Shown: one piece after another, positions 26,695-36,048 of the stretch | Numbering within the stretch: the stretch's first letter is position 1 | How the letters are laid out: every line of letters begins with the position of its first letter | Assembly: GCA_964464605.1 (NCBI GenBank) | Contig: CAYXJN010000006.1 | Location: forward strand, 211,981-275,980 | DNA: 64,000 bases | Direction of reading: 5' to 3' | DNA from: an uncultured Ignavibacteriales bacterium | GTDB lineage: Bacteria > Zixibacteria > MSB-5A5 > GN15 > FEB-12 | The notes under the pieces: generated by a model | The model's database searches: none | Told to the model about the DNA's origin: nothing | What the model saw: the letters and a program-made list of their open reading frames with translations, nothing else | Translations under genes and position numbers: made by a program

Positions 26695-27441
26695 GTGCGA
26701 CGTAACCGAAAACTCGAAGACCCACATGAAAACCCGGATCGCTGGTTATTAACCTACGCGGATCTTATCACGCTCTTGTTAGCCTTTTTTATCATTCTCT
26801 ATTCGATGTCCTCAATCGATGCAAAGCAGTTCGGTGAAATGGCCAGCGCATTGCAGGAAACCCTAAAAGGCAGCGGCGGCGTAGTTCGGTTTGATCCGAA
26901 AATGCAGACTCCCGGCACCGGTCATGGTGTGTTAAAAGTAGGTGATTTAAAAATGCTCCAGCGTCAGGTTGAAGGTGAGTTTATCGAGAAAAATCGAGCT
27001 GATGAGGTCCAGACCGAAGTAACAGAACGCGGCTTGGTCATTCACATTATGGAATCCGCTTTATTTTCACAAGGCTCTGCTGATTTACAGCCGCGCGCGA
27101 TGGATCTGCTCGATATGATTTACAATCAGCTGAAAAATATGCCGAATCATATTCGGGTCGAAGGGCACACCGATAACCGCCCAATTGCAAATACAAAATT
27201 TCCCTCGAATTGGGAATTGTCCTCCGCCCGTGCGACCTCAGTCGTCCGGTACTTTATCTCATCGCACAATTACCCGGCGAACAAGATTTCAGCATTGGGA
27301 TATGGGGAGTTTCGCCCGATTCAACCAAATGATACTCCGGAACATATGGCGCAAAATCGCCGTGTTGATATTGTCGTGTTAACGCTTGAACTATCGGAAA
27401 AGGAGCCGTCCTCATCGGCCTATTATCAGATCACACAGTAA
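26695..27441 (+). CDS. motB: flagellar stator protein MotB (OmpA-like)
   Basis: WLLTYADLITLLLAFFIIL contains the conserved Asp. The OmpA-like C-terminus reads VEGHTDNRPI...NWELSSARA...NRRVDIVV. GTG start. Confidence 0.9.
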   Translation: MRRNRKLEDPHENPDRWLLTYADLITLLLAFFIILYSMSSIDAKQFGEMASALQETLKGSGGVVRFDPKMQTPGTGHGVLKVGDLKMLQRQVEGEFIEKNRADEVQTEVTERGLVIHIMESALFSQGSADLQPRAMDLLDMIYNQLKNMPNHIRVEGHTDNRPIANTKFPSNWELSSARATSVVRYFISSHNYPANKISALGYGEFRPIQPNDTPEHMAQNRRVDIVVLTLELSEKEPSSSAYYQITQ

Positions 27442-27549
27442 ATCTTTCCCGGTAATTTGAGCAATTCTTTCTGTTAAGCCATGGAAGGCGGATATGATGT
27501 CACACAATAACGCATTGTCTTTCAATCGTTTCATCTTGAATCAACAGTT

Positions 27550-27566
27550 TGGCACAGGGCTTGCAA
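27550..27566 (+). promoter_or_regulatory. sigma54 promoter (TGGCAC-N5-TTGCA) for the flgB operon
   Basis: tggcacagggcttgcaa has GG and GC separated by exactly 10 nt. It lies 25 nt upstream of the flgB ATG. Confidence 0.8.
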
Positions 27567-27590
27567 TATGGTTGCCGGAGTTATAGAACC

Positions 27591-28004
27591 ATGGCAAACA
27601 CGATAAACAAGTTCCTGTTCGACAAAGCGCAAATCCCGAAGTTCGCTTCGTATCTGGATTTGAGCGCGCTGCGTCATCGCTTATTGGCTGGTAACGTTGC
27701 CAATGTCGCGACTCCCAAATATGAAAACCGTGATATCGATTTCAAATCCGAATACAAACGGGTATCCGGTGATTCGAAGTCACTGCAAGGAACGGTAACA
27801 CATCAGAACCATATACCGACCGGTTCTTCACCGAACCGTGCGGTGAAAGTTCACCAGACAAAAGTCAAAGATGGAAATCTCAACTCAGTCGATATCGACC
27901 AGACCGCCGCGGATATCGCGCAGAACGAACTGAACTACACGATCGGCGCGCGGTTGTTACAACGGAAATTTGAAGGCCTGAAAAAGGTCATAACCAGTAA
28001 GTAA
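27591..28004 (+). CDS. flgB: flagellar basal-body rod protein FlgB
   Basis: The start was moved to ATG 27591, downstream of the sigma54 promoter. Motif LLAGNVANVATPKYENRD, with a conserved rod-protein C-terminus. Confidence 0.9.
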   Translation: MANTINKFLFDKAQIPKFASYLDLSALRHRLLAGNVANVATPKYENRDIDFKSEYKRVSGDSKSLQGTVTHQNHIPTGSSPNRAVKVHQTKVKDGNLNSVDIDQTAADIAQNELNYTIGARLLQRKFEGLKKVITSK

Positions 28005-28015
28005 TAGGATTTACT

Positions 28016-28510
28016 ATGGGTGGATTATTAGGAGCGATAGATACGGCAGCGAAAGGACTCATCGTCCAGCGCATGAAAATGAATGTCGTATCGGAAAATA
28101 TCGCAAACGCAGAAACAACGCATACCGTTGAAGGTGGACCGTACCGCCGCCAGCGTGTCGTTGTCTCAGCCGAAAACGATAAACAAGCCTTCAATGCCGT
28201 TTTGGATAAAGCTGCCACTCGTTTGGCCCGCACCAACGACGCGCATTTTTACGGCAAAGAACGAATCGGCGGCGATGAAACCGAAGTAACGTTGGCCGAA
28301 GGGGATGTCGTTGAAGATCCCTCTTCATCTTACCGGCTGGTGTATGACCCGTCACACCCCGATGCCGATGAGCAGGGATATGTGAAAATGCCGGATATCG
28401 AAGTTATCAACGAAATGGTAGACATGATGGCGGCTTCCCGTTCGTATGAAGCAAACGTGTCGGTCATTTCTTCAGCCAAGAAAATGATTCAGGATACTCT
28501 GGAGATATAA
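28016..28510 (+). CDS. flgC: flagellar basal-body rod protein FlgC
   Basis: NVVSENIANAETT...SRSYEANVSVISSAKKMIQDTLEI. Confidence 0.9.
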   Translation: MGGLLGAIDTAAKGLIVQRMKMNVVSENIANAETTHTVEGGPYRRQRVVVSAENDKQAFNAVLDKAATRLARTNDAHFYGKERIGGDETEVTLAEGDVVEDPSSSYRLVYDPSHPDADEQGYVKMPDIEVINEMVDMMAASRSYEANVSVISSAKKMIQDTLEI

Positions 28511-28519
28511 GAGGCAGGT

Positions 28520-28846
28520 ATGAAAATCAATCAACTTGGAATTCAGTCGTATCAGACGATCAATAAGCCGGATGTACAGCCCCGTTACACGGAACGTATT
28601 GCCGAGCAGCAGAAGTCCGCTGATACAATTACCCTTACTCCGCAGTCCGAAGCTGCTGGTTCACAGCTTGCCGTTCGTGCCCGCGGAAATGGATACGCCG
28701 ATTTGTTGACCCCGACTGAAAAGACAGCATTGGAATTGCTGTTTGCCAAATATCAGGAACGGGCACAGAACAATGCGACCTATGGCGCCGGTGCGAACAG
28801 TAATCCGGATGCCGGACTTGGCGTGTTGTTGGATGTGAAGGGATAA
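28520..28846 (+). CDS. hypothetical flagellar-operon protein (FlgM-like N-terminus only)
   Basis: A 108-aa ORF tightly packed between flgC and fliE. Its N-terminus MKINQLGIQSYQ resembles Bacillus-type FlgM, but it lacks the usual C-terminal FlgM helix motif. Confidence 0.5.
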   Translation: MKINQLGIQSYQTINKPDVQPRYTERIAEQQKSADTITLTPQSEAAGSQLAVRARGNGYADLLTPTEKTALELLFAKYQERAQNNATYGAGANSNPDAGLGVLLDVKG

Positions 28847-28848
28847 AC

Positions 28849-29160
28849 GTGGCAATCGAACGGATACAAACACTCGTTCCCGGTATTGCGGAACAACTGG
28901 CAGGAGCTACGAAGGCTCAGGCAGCGCCGGATGTTTCTGCTCCGTCGTTCAACGAGATGGTTTCCAGCCTGCTTGAATCAGTCAATGAAGCGCAACAGAC
29001 CGCCGGACAAGCGCAGGAAGCGCTGTTAAACGGTGAAGCTGTTGACCTGCATGAAGTGATGATTAAAGCGGAAGAAGCCGGGATATCCATGGATTTGCTG
29101 CTTGAGATCAGAAATAAATTAGTAAATGGCTATAATGATTTGATACGAATGCCGATGTAA
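28849..29160 (+). CDS. fliE: flagellar hook-basal body protein FliE
   Basis: FNEMVSSLLESVNEAQQTA...DLHEVMIKAEEAGISMDLLLEIRNKLV. GTG start. Confidence 0.85.
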   Translation: MAIERIQTLVPGIAEQLAGATKAQAAPDVSAPSFNEMVSSLLESVNEAQQTAGQAQEALLNGEAVDLHEVMIKAEEAGISMDLLLEIRNKLVNGYNDLIRMPM

Positions 29161-29216
29161 TATCGCAAAGGCCGAACAACCAGGATGGATATTCGGCGAT
29201 GATTATAGGATGATCG

Positions 29217-30785
29217 ATGGACAGATTTAAAGAATTTTTCGCAAATGTTTCCGGCCTATTCGGCCGCATGACCCCCAGCCAGGTAATGGTTTTGTTTGGC
29301 ATTATTGCCGGTAGTATTGCCGGTATTGTGCTGTTAGTCGGATGGCTCAGTTCCGTTGCCTATGCACCCTTGTATTCCAACTTAACCGAAGAAGAAGCCG
29401 GTGAAATCGTCGGCTGGCTGAATGATCAGCATATTCCGTATAAGCTGACACAAGGGGGAAAGACCATCGAAGTCCCATCGGATCAAAAATACAAAGCCCG
29501 TCTTGCCTTAGCCAACGAAGGGCTTCCGAAATCCGGTACTGTCGGCTATTCCATTTTTGATAATAACAATTTAGGGATGACCGATTTCTTGCAGAATCTG
29601 AATTTCCGCCGCGCACTCGAAGGTGAGTTGACCAAGACGATTATGGAACTCAACGAAGTCGAGGCCGCGCGTGTGCATATCGTTATTCCCAAAGACCGCT
29701 TATTCAAAGAAGATAAAAAAGAACCGACCGCCTCAGTTGTTTTGAAACTGCGCGGTAACCGTACATTGGACAGACAGCAGACCGATGGTATCACCCATTT
29801 AGTGGCTGCTTCGGTTGAAGGACTTTCGCCGGATAACATTACCATTGTCGATTACGATGGTAATTTGCTTTCCTCCGGTCAAAAGGGTGACCCACTCGCT
29901 GGATTGAGTTCCTCGCAGCTGGATGCCCGTCAAAAAGTGGAAACCTACTTGGAGCAAAAAGCACAGTCGATGCTCAATAATGTATTGGGCAGTGGCAAAT
30001 CGGTCGTTCGCGTAACTGCAGACCTTAATTTCGCGCAGTTGGAACGAACTTCCGAAAATTATGACCCGAATTCTGCCGTCGTGCGCAGTGAAGAAAAAAC
30101 AAAGACCACGAGTTCGGCTGAAGACAAAGCAGCAGCCGAAACGGCAGAAGCGGGCGGCAGCAAAGAAAACCAGAATAATGAAACGACGGTTACTAACTAC
30201 GAAATCAGCAAAACTGTTGAACATATGATTGACGCCGTCGGCACGATTAACAAATTGTCCGTCGCGGTATTGGTTGACGGTATCTATGTCCCGGCTACCG
30301 GTGATGGTGCGACGGGTGAGATGACCTATCAGCCCCGTCCGCAGGAAGAAATGGATCGCCTTTCCGCCATTGTCAAAAATGCGGTTGGCTACGACGGTGA
30401 ACGAAATGACCAGATTGAAATGGTAAATATCGCCTTTGATCGTCAGGGTATTCAACAGGAACGGGAAGCGCTTGATACGATGTATACGCGTGAATACTAC
30501 ACTGATATCGGCACAAAAGTCGGTATTGGTATCCTTATCCTGCTTGCCTTCCTGTATATCAAACGGAAAGTATCGAAATTCTTTTCCGGCATTAAGCAGT
30601 TGATACCGGCGCAAGCACCTATGGCCTATCGCCCTGCCGCCACAACGCATGCCGCTATGCAGCAGGAAATACCGCAGGTGCCTGCAGAACCAAGAAAAGC
30701 CCGCGTGGTCGATAAACTTCAGGATGTCGCCAAAGACAAGCCGGAAGAACTCGCCCGCGTGATTAAAACGATGATGGTTGAATAA
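29217..30785 (+). CDS. fliF: flagellar MS-ring protein FliF
   Basis: 522 aa with an N-terminal TM helix and a YscJ/FliF-type periplasmic region (RALEGELTKTI, AARVHIVIP), then a second TM helix near the C-terminus. Confidence 0.95.
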   Translation: MDRFKEFFANVSGLFGRMTPSQVMVLFGIIAGSIAGIVLLVGWLSSVAYAPLYSNLTEEEAGEIVGWLNDQHIPYKLTQGGKTIEVPSDQKYKARLALANEGLPKSGTVGYSIFDNNNLGMTDFLQNLNFRRALEGELTKTIMELNEVEAARVHIVIPKDRLFKEDKKEPTASVVLKLRGNRTLDRQQTDGITHLVAASVEGLSPDNITIVDYDGNLLSSGQKGDPLAGLSSSQLDARQKVETYLEQKAQSMLNNVLGSGKSVVRVTADLNFAQLERTSENYDPNSAVVRSEEKTKTTSSAEDKAAAETAEAGGSKENQNNETTVTNYEISKTVEHMIDAVGTINKLSVAVLVDGIYVPATGDGATGEMTYQPRPQEEMDRLSAIVKNAVGYDGERNDQIEMVNIAFDRQGIQQEREALDTMYTREYYTDIGTKVGIGILILLAFLYIKRKVSKFFSGIKQLIPAQAPMAYRPAATTHAAMQQEIPQVPAEPRKARVVDKLQDVAKDKPEELARVIKTMMVE

Positions 30786-31807
30786 TGAGTACCATGAACT
30801 ACGATAAAATGACCCCGCAGCAAAAAGCTGCTGTTGCACTCATTGCGCTGGGACCGGAAGTATCCGCTCACGTACTCAAAGGGATACCGGAATCGGAACT
30901 CGAAAAGATTACGATTGAAATCGCCAACCTCCGCGATGTACCGCCGGAAGTGGAAGATAAAGTCATGGATGAATTCTATCAGATATTCATGGCTCGTCAG
31001 TACATCTCCCAGGGCGGTGTCGATATCGCCAAACAGATTTTGGATAAAGCGGTCGGCGGTATGAAGGCGCGGGAAATCATGAATCGTCTTGAATCGACGA
31101 TCCGTACGACCGGTTTTTCGCTTTTGAAAGATATAGATCCGAAACAGTTGACCGGTTTTTTACAGAACGAACATCCGCAGACTATTTCATTGATATTGAC
31201 ACAATTGAAGCCGCATCACGCTGCAGCTATTCTTTCGGAATTGACTCCGGAATTACAGGCGGAAGTGGCGCTGCGTATTGCTACTATGGAAAAAATCGCA
31301 CCGGAAATCCTGCGTGAGGTAGAACATACTCTTGAAGTTCACTTCGCTGGCAGCGGTAACGGAGGGGAAATGTCCTCTTCCGGTGGCGCCAAGGCTGTCG
31401 CTGAAATTTTGAATTTGATCGATACTACAGCCGAAAAGAACATTCTGCAATCACTGGAAGCGGAAGACCCGAATCTTGCCGCGGAAGTGAAGAACATGAT
31501 GTTTGTCTTCGACGACCTGGTATTGCTTGATGACCGCTCTGTCCAGCGTCTGCTTAAGGAAGTCGAAACGAAAGACTTGTCACTTGCCCTCAAGGCGACC
31601 AGCGAAGATGTCAAAGCCAAGATATTCAATAATGTTTCTGAGCGTGTTGCTGTCATGATCCGCGAGGAAATGGAATTCATGGGGCCGACACGTCTGTCGG
31701 ACGTCGAAGCGGCACAGGGTCGCGTGGTCGAAATTGTCCGCCGTCTCGAAGAGGAAGGCCAGATTATTGTATCGGGCCGTGGCGGAAAAGAGGATGTCAT
31801 TGTCTAG
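30785..31807 (+). CDS. fliG: flagellar motor switch protein FliG
   Basis: AAVALIALGPEVSAHVLK... followed by the C-terminal torque-helix region MFVFDDLVLLDDRSVQRLLKEV. Confidence 0.95.
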   Translation: MSTMNYDKMTPQQKAAVALIALGPEVSAHVLKGIPESELEKITIEIANLRDVPPEVEDKVMDEFYQIFMARQYISQGGVDIAKQILDKAVGGMKAREIMNRLESTIRTTGFSLLKDIDPKQLTGFLQNEHPQTISLILTQLKPHHAAAILSELTPELQAEVALRIATMEKIAPEILREVEHTLEVHFAGSGNGGEMSSSGGAKAVAEILNLIDTTAEKNILQSLEAEDPNLAAEVKNMMFVFDDLVLLDDRSVQRLLKEVETKDLSLALKATSEDVKAKIFNNVSERVAVMIREEMEFMGPTRLSDVEAAQGRVVEIVRRLEEEGQIIVSGRGGKEDVIV

Positions 31808-32501
31808 GGTTATTCGGGAAGCGTCATCGGCTCCGCCGGTCTATATCGGCGAGCACTCCAGTATTCTCACCGAAGTATTCCAGGCAGAACAGTTACTGCG
31901 GACTTCGTATCCGTCGCTTTCGCTTACTACGGATTCCCGCGGTACGAAATCGATTCCGCTTCAAGAGATTTTCAAAATCGATAAACTGCTTGCCGATGCC
32001 CGCCAGCAGGCGAAACAGGCCGGATTTCAGGATGGTTTCAAAGCCGGTAACAGTCGCGGGGAAGTGGAAGCGAAAAAGGCTGTTCAGCAGTTTGGATTGG
32101 CTATCAGCGATGCCATTGCCCAGCGGGAAACCATGCTCCGCGAAGCCAAACAGCATATTTTAGAACTCGTATTACAAATCAGCAAAAAAGTAACTTGCGA
32201 TGCAGTTCAGATAAACCCGGAAACGACCTTAAAAATGATATCCGGCGTTATCGATTCCTTGACCGACCGTTCGCAAATCAAAATTAAAGTTCATCCCGAT
32301 CATCTTGCTATCGTGAAGCAAAACATGGAAACATTGATAGCCGCATCACCATCGATCAAAGAACTCTCCGTCGAAGCCGACCCGCGTGTCCACTTAGGCG
32401 GATGCTTTATCGAAACACCGAGCGGCGACATCGATGCCCGTTTAGAGTCGCAGTTCGATGTAGTCAGAGATGCACTTACGGTTGATCCTTCTGACGTATG
32501 A
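31794..32501 (+). CDS. fliH: flagellar export apparatus protein FliH
   Basis: I prefer ATG 31794, which has an upstream GAAAAGAGG SD and a 14-nt overlap with fliG. It has a FliH/YscL-type central region and sits between fliG and fliI. Confidence 0.8.
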   Translation: MSLSRVIREASSAPPVYIGEHSSILTEVFQAEQLLRTSYPSLSLTTDSRGTKSIPLQEIFKIDKLLADARQQAKQAGFQDGFKAGNSRGEVEAKKAVQQFGLAISDAIAQRETMLREAKQHILELVLQISKKVTCDAVQINPETTLKMISGVIDSLTDRSQIKIKVHPDHLAIVKQNMETLIAASPSIKELSVEADPRVHLGGCFIETPSGDIDARLESQFDVVRDALTVDPSDV

Positions 32502-33814
32502 TTACCGTTCCGTATACATCCTTTTCCCGCCGTATTGAACAGACGAATACGATTACCCGGTACGGCAAAGTCAGACAGGTTGTTGGACTCGTTATTGAGT
32601 CGGATGGTCCTTCGGTTTCAATCGGTCGCTTGTGTCAGATAGAAAATCTCGATACCGGTTCAAAAATTCAGGCTGAAGTTGTCGGTTTTCGTGAAAACCG
32701 CGTACTCCTCATGCCGCTCGGTTCAATCAGCGGTGTTGCGCCGGGCGCGATTGTCACCTCGACTTCATCGCAGCTTCGTATTCCGTGCGGAGAAGCCTTA
32801 ATCGGTCGCGTGCTTGGCGGATTAGGCCAGCCGATAGATGGCAAAGGTCCAATTCATGCCGAAAGCAGTTACCCTGTCATCAATCAACCAATCCCACCGC
32901 TCAAGCGAAAACGAATCGAAGAGCCGATACACACAGGCATTAAAGTCATTGATTTGACTACAACTGTCGGTAAAGGACAGCGTGTCGGTATTTTTTCCGG
33001 CTCCGGTGTCGGTAAATCGGTTTTGCTTGGTATGATCGCGCGCGGTTCATCTGCGCAGGTCAATGTTCTTGCCTTAATCGGTGAACGTGGCCGCGAAGTG
33101 CGTGAATTTATTGAGAATGATCTCGGTGAAGAGGGAATGAAACGTTCCGTTGTTATTGCCGTTACCTCCGATCAACCGGCGCTCGTTCGTATTAAAGGCG
33201 CACAAGTCGCCACGGCTATCGCTGAAAGTTTTCGTGATGCCGGAATAGATGTGTTACTCATGATGGATTCTCTTACTCGTGTCGCTATGGCACAGCGGGA
33301 AATCGGTCTTGCCGTTGGTGAACCGCCAGCAACCAAAGGATATACCCCATCAGTTTTTGCCTTACTACCGCAGTTACTGGAACGTGCCGGGCAATCATCC
33401 ACTGGTTCATTGACCGGCCTATATACCGTACTGGTTGAGGGAGATGATCTGAACGAGCCGGTTTCCGATATGGCCCGTTCGATTCTCGACGGGCACGTTG
33501 CGTTGTCCCGTAAGTTAGCATCAATGAACCAATATCCGGCGGTCGATGTGCTCGATTCAATCAGCCGTGTGATGAAAGATATTATTTCGCCTGAAGATGT
33601 CGAACTTGCCGGGCGTGTACGAGAAATCGTTTCGACCTATCGTGATGCCGAGGATTTGATAAACATCGGTGCGTACGCCAAAGGCTCGAATCCGAAAATA
33701 GACATCGCCATTCAGAAGATCGATAAAATTAACCAGCTATTCCGTCAGGGAATAGGAGAGATGGCCGATTACCAGACTGCCCGCGAACAATTGCGCCAGA
33801 TTATTCTCTCTTAA
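32498..33814 (+). CDS. fliI: flagellum-specific ATPase FliI
   Basis: Walker A GSGVGKS, Walker B VLLMMDSLTR, and F1-beta-like architecture. Confidence 0.95.
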   Translation: MITVPYTSFSRRIEQTNTITRYGKVRQVVGLVIESDGPSVSIGRLCQIENLDTGSKIQAEVVGFRENRVLLMPLGSISGVAPGAIVTSTSSQLRIPCGEALIGRVLGGLGQPIDGKGPIHAESSYPVINQPIPPLKRKRIEEPIHTGIKVIDLTTTVGKGQRVGIFSGSGVGKSVLLGMIARGSSAQVNVLALIGERGREVREFIENDLGEEGMKRSVVIAVTSDQPALVRIKGAQVATAIAESFRDAGIDVLLMMDSLTRVAMAQREIGLAVGEPPATKGYTPSVFALLPQLLERAGQSSTGSLTGLYTVLVEGDDLNEPVSDMARSILDGHVALSRKLASMNQYPAVDVLDSISRVMKDIISPEDVELAGRVREIVSTYRDAEDLINIGAYAKGSNPKIDIAIQKIDKINQLFRQGIGEMADYQTAREQLRQIILS

Positions 33815-33830
33815 CTAACCAGTTTCTGCT

Positions 33831-34277
33831 ATGAAACAAAGCCGTTTCCGTTTACAAACTCTCCTGAATGTTCGGGAACATGTTGAAAAAGAACGTCAGC
33901 GTGCATTGGGTGTTGCCGTTGCAAAAACACTCAAACAGCAGGAGCACGTCCGTCATTTGGAGGCTGAAAAGCAACGTTTATTGGTTAATCAGCGGGATGC
34001 CAGCGCACAGTCGATGTCCCCATCGCAAATGCTTGGCTACTCCCGATATCTGCTCAGATTAAAGCGGGAAGAGCTCACCGGCCGTGAAGTGCTGAAAGCG
34101 CTTACGCATGAAGAGCAAAAGCGCCGCGGTGAATTGCTTGCCGCTACCAAAGAAAAGCGGATTCTGGAAAAGTTAAAAGAGAAACAGTTTAAAGCGGAAG
34201 AAAAAGAGCGGGATGTTTTGGAAACAAAAGCAGCCGATGAACTCTCGTTAACTGCTTTCACGCGTACGCGAGTTTAG
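33831..34277 (+). CDS. fliJ: flagellar export chaperone FliJ
   Basis: A 148-aa charged coiled-coil protein starting FRLQTLLNVRE, located immediately after fliI. Confidence 0.8.
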   Translation: MKQSRFRLQTLLNVREHVEKERQRALGVAVAKTLKQQEHVRHLEAEKQRLLVNQRDASAQSMSPSQMLGYSRYLLRLKREELTGREVLKALTHEEQKRRGELLAATKEKRILEKLKEKQFKAEEKERDVLETKAADELSLTAFTRTRV

Positions 34278-34279
34278 TC

Positions 34280-35038
34280 TTAGTTCGGACAGGCCGGAGG
34301 GAGTGGGCCGTTTCTGAATAAATAATTCACCATATACACCAGATCATTGACCAATATCTTTTCCGGCAGGTTGCCGCTGGCATTTCCTTCTTGTATGCAC
34401 CCGGCCTGCCCACCCCGAAACAGGTAATTGACTAAGAACACCAAGTCATGAATAGAGATCAATTCGCTGGGGTCACCGTTTGCATTTCCGCGAATACCGA
34501 TACAGCAGGAATTTATAGACAAGGATCCGCGCCGGAATTTCGGACGGAATGTTTGTGCCGAGGCCGTTGAGAAAACAGTCGAATGCTCGGTTCCGGAAAA
34601 GGAAACAGTCGTACTGTCGAACCGGACAATCTCTGCCGGAAGAGTTGAAGAAAATGAAACGTATATCGTCGCGATTATTCCGCTCCCTGCTGCTAATGGG
34701 CTCGGAAAGGGGAGACAGTAAATCGTGATATTCGTGTCATCTTTCGTGTACCCTTTGGAAGTAATCGATGTTAATCTTCCGCCCGCAAATGAAATCGAGT
34801 CTATGAGGATATTTTCAGAATTATAAAAGAACGTGATTTCCAATCCGCCCAACTGCTGATCGTTGTAAACCCGAATAGGAATCTGCGCACTTGAAACACC
34901 GGAAACGACCAGCGAGTCGATACGCACGGTATCGGCAATACCCGGATCCGCTATCTGTGCATGAGAGGTCGACAGCGCGGTTATAACCAGAAAAAGTAGG
35001 ATAAGAACGATAAGAACGAGTCGTTTTGGTTGTCTCAT
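34280..35038 (-). CDS. secreted protein with cohesin-like N-domain and paired dockerin-like repeats
   Basis: It has a signal peptide. The C-terminus carries two copies of the GNANGD/GNASGN...DLVFLVNYLF/DLVYMVNYLF motif. It is on the opposite strand to the flanking flagellar genes. Confidence 0.6.
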   Translation of the reverse strand: MRQPKRLVLIVLILLFLVITALSTSHAQIADPGIADTVRIDSLVVSGVSSAQIPIRVYNDQQLGGLEITFFYNSENILIDSISFAGGRLTSITSKGYTKDDTNITIYCLPFPSPLAAGSGIIATIYVSFSSTLPAEIVRFDSTTVSFSGTEHSTVFSTASAQTFRPKFRRGSLSINSCCIGIRGNANGDPSELISIHDLVFLVNYLFRGGQAGCIQEGNASGNLPEKILVNDLVYMVNYLFRNGPLPPACPN

Positions 35039-35259
35039 ATCAGTTACAATATCGGCGTTTTGGGGCGCAGGCTTCGGTATGCCTGAGGAAAAGAATCCGG
35101 CGATGAGAAGAGCAAACTACCCCATAATCTACTTGATATCCCCTGAGAATACAATTCCGATCTCTTCGGGAAATTCATTCCGCAGCAGCCGGAAAGTCTA
35201 CTTTCAGAAACCTCCGTAACTCCTTGTTTTTAAGCTAATTACCTGCCCGTCAATCGCTT

Positions 35260-35276
35260 TGGCACGGCTGATGCTT
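35260..35276 (+). promoter_or_regulatory. sigma54 promoter (TGGCAC-N5-ATGCT) for the flgF operon
   Basis: tggcacggctgatgctt has GG and GC separated by 10 nt. It lies 19 nt upstream of ATG 35295. Confidence 0.75.
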
Positions 35277-35294
35277 AAAGGAGGGCGAGGTAAT

Positions 35295-36026
35295 ATGATT
35301 AAAGGAATTTATACATCAGCATCCGGAATGATCCCGCTTGTCAAAAAGCAGGAAGTTTCGGCAAACAACCTGGCTAATGCGTCAGCCCCCGGTTTCAAAC
35401 GGGACTCTATTTTTCTTAAAGAGCTGACCAAAGCCGAGCAAAAGAAAATTCCGGCCAAATCCGATTGGGAACGTCCTATGGCGAATCAGGTCTACACTGA
35501 TTATGCCTCAGGTGGTTTCGATCGCACCGGAAATGATCTCGATTTCGCAATCGACGGAGATGGATTCTTCCGTCTTGAGCTTGCCGACGGCACTCAAGCG
35601 CTTACGCGCTCCGGTTCATTTACTGTCGACGGGGAAGGGTATCTCGCATTTCCAGGCGGCGCACGAGTAATAACCAGCGGTGGCCCTATTGAAGTTGGTG
35701 CAGGCAAAGTTGTTGTTACCAGTTCAGGACAGATTTCTATCGATGGCACCGTAGCCGGCTCGATCGCGCCGGTCACCGTTCCGGATATAACCAAACTGCA
35801 AAAGTTAGGCGGTTCGATGTTTCTGCTACCGCAGGGTGCTGAAGTTTCAACCGTCGCTAATTCCGGCATTCAGCAGGGATTTTTGGAAAACTCAAACGTG
35901 GATATCGTCAGTGAGATGGTCGAGATGATTATCTCATTCCGTCAATATGAAGCCAACGCCAAAGCGCTGCAGAGCCAGGATGGCTCGCTTGAGCAGCTCT
36001 TCGGTAAAGTCATCGGACGCGGATAA
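35295..36026 (+). CDS. flgF: flagellar basal-body rod protein FlgF (FlgG paralogue)
   Basis: The start was moved to ATG 35295, downstream of the promoter and with an aggaggg SD. MIKGIYTSASGM...NNLANASAPGFKRD, with C-terminal SNVDIVSEMVEMIISFRQYEAN. Confidence 0.85.
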   Translation: MIKGIYTSASGMIPLVKKQEVSANNLANASAPGFKRDSIFLKELTKAEQKKIPAKSDWERPMANQVYTDYASGGFDRTGNDLDFAIDGDGFFRLELADGTQALTRSGSFTVDGEGYLAFPGGARVITSGGPIEVGAGKVVVTSSGQISIDGTVAGSIAPVTVPDITKLQKLGGSMFLLPQGAEVSTVANSGIQQGFLENSNVDIVSEMVEMIISFRQYEANAKALQSQDGSLEQLFGKVIGRG

Positions 36027-36048
36027 AGAGAAAGCTTAGGAGAGTGCT

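Noticed and set aside
29799-30839. Long antisense ORFs inside conserved genes: 346 aa opposite fliF, 249 aa opposite infC/rpmI (57434..58183), 204 aa opposite flgL (43147..43761), and 165 aa opposite fliC.
   Set aside because: They are shadow ORFs of strongly supported genes on the other strand. They have low-complexity or odd composition and no recognisable motifs.
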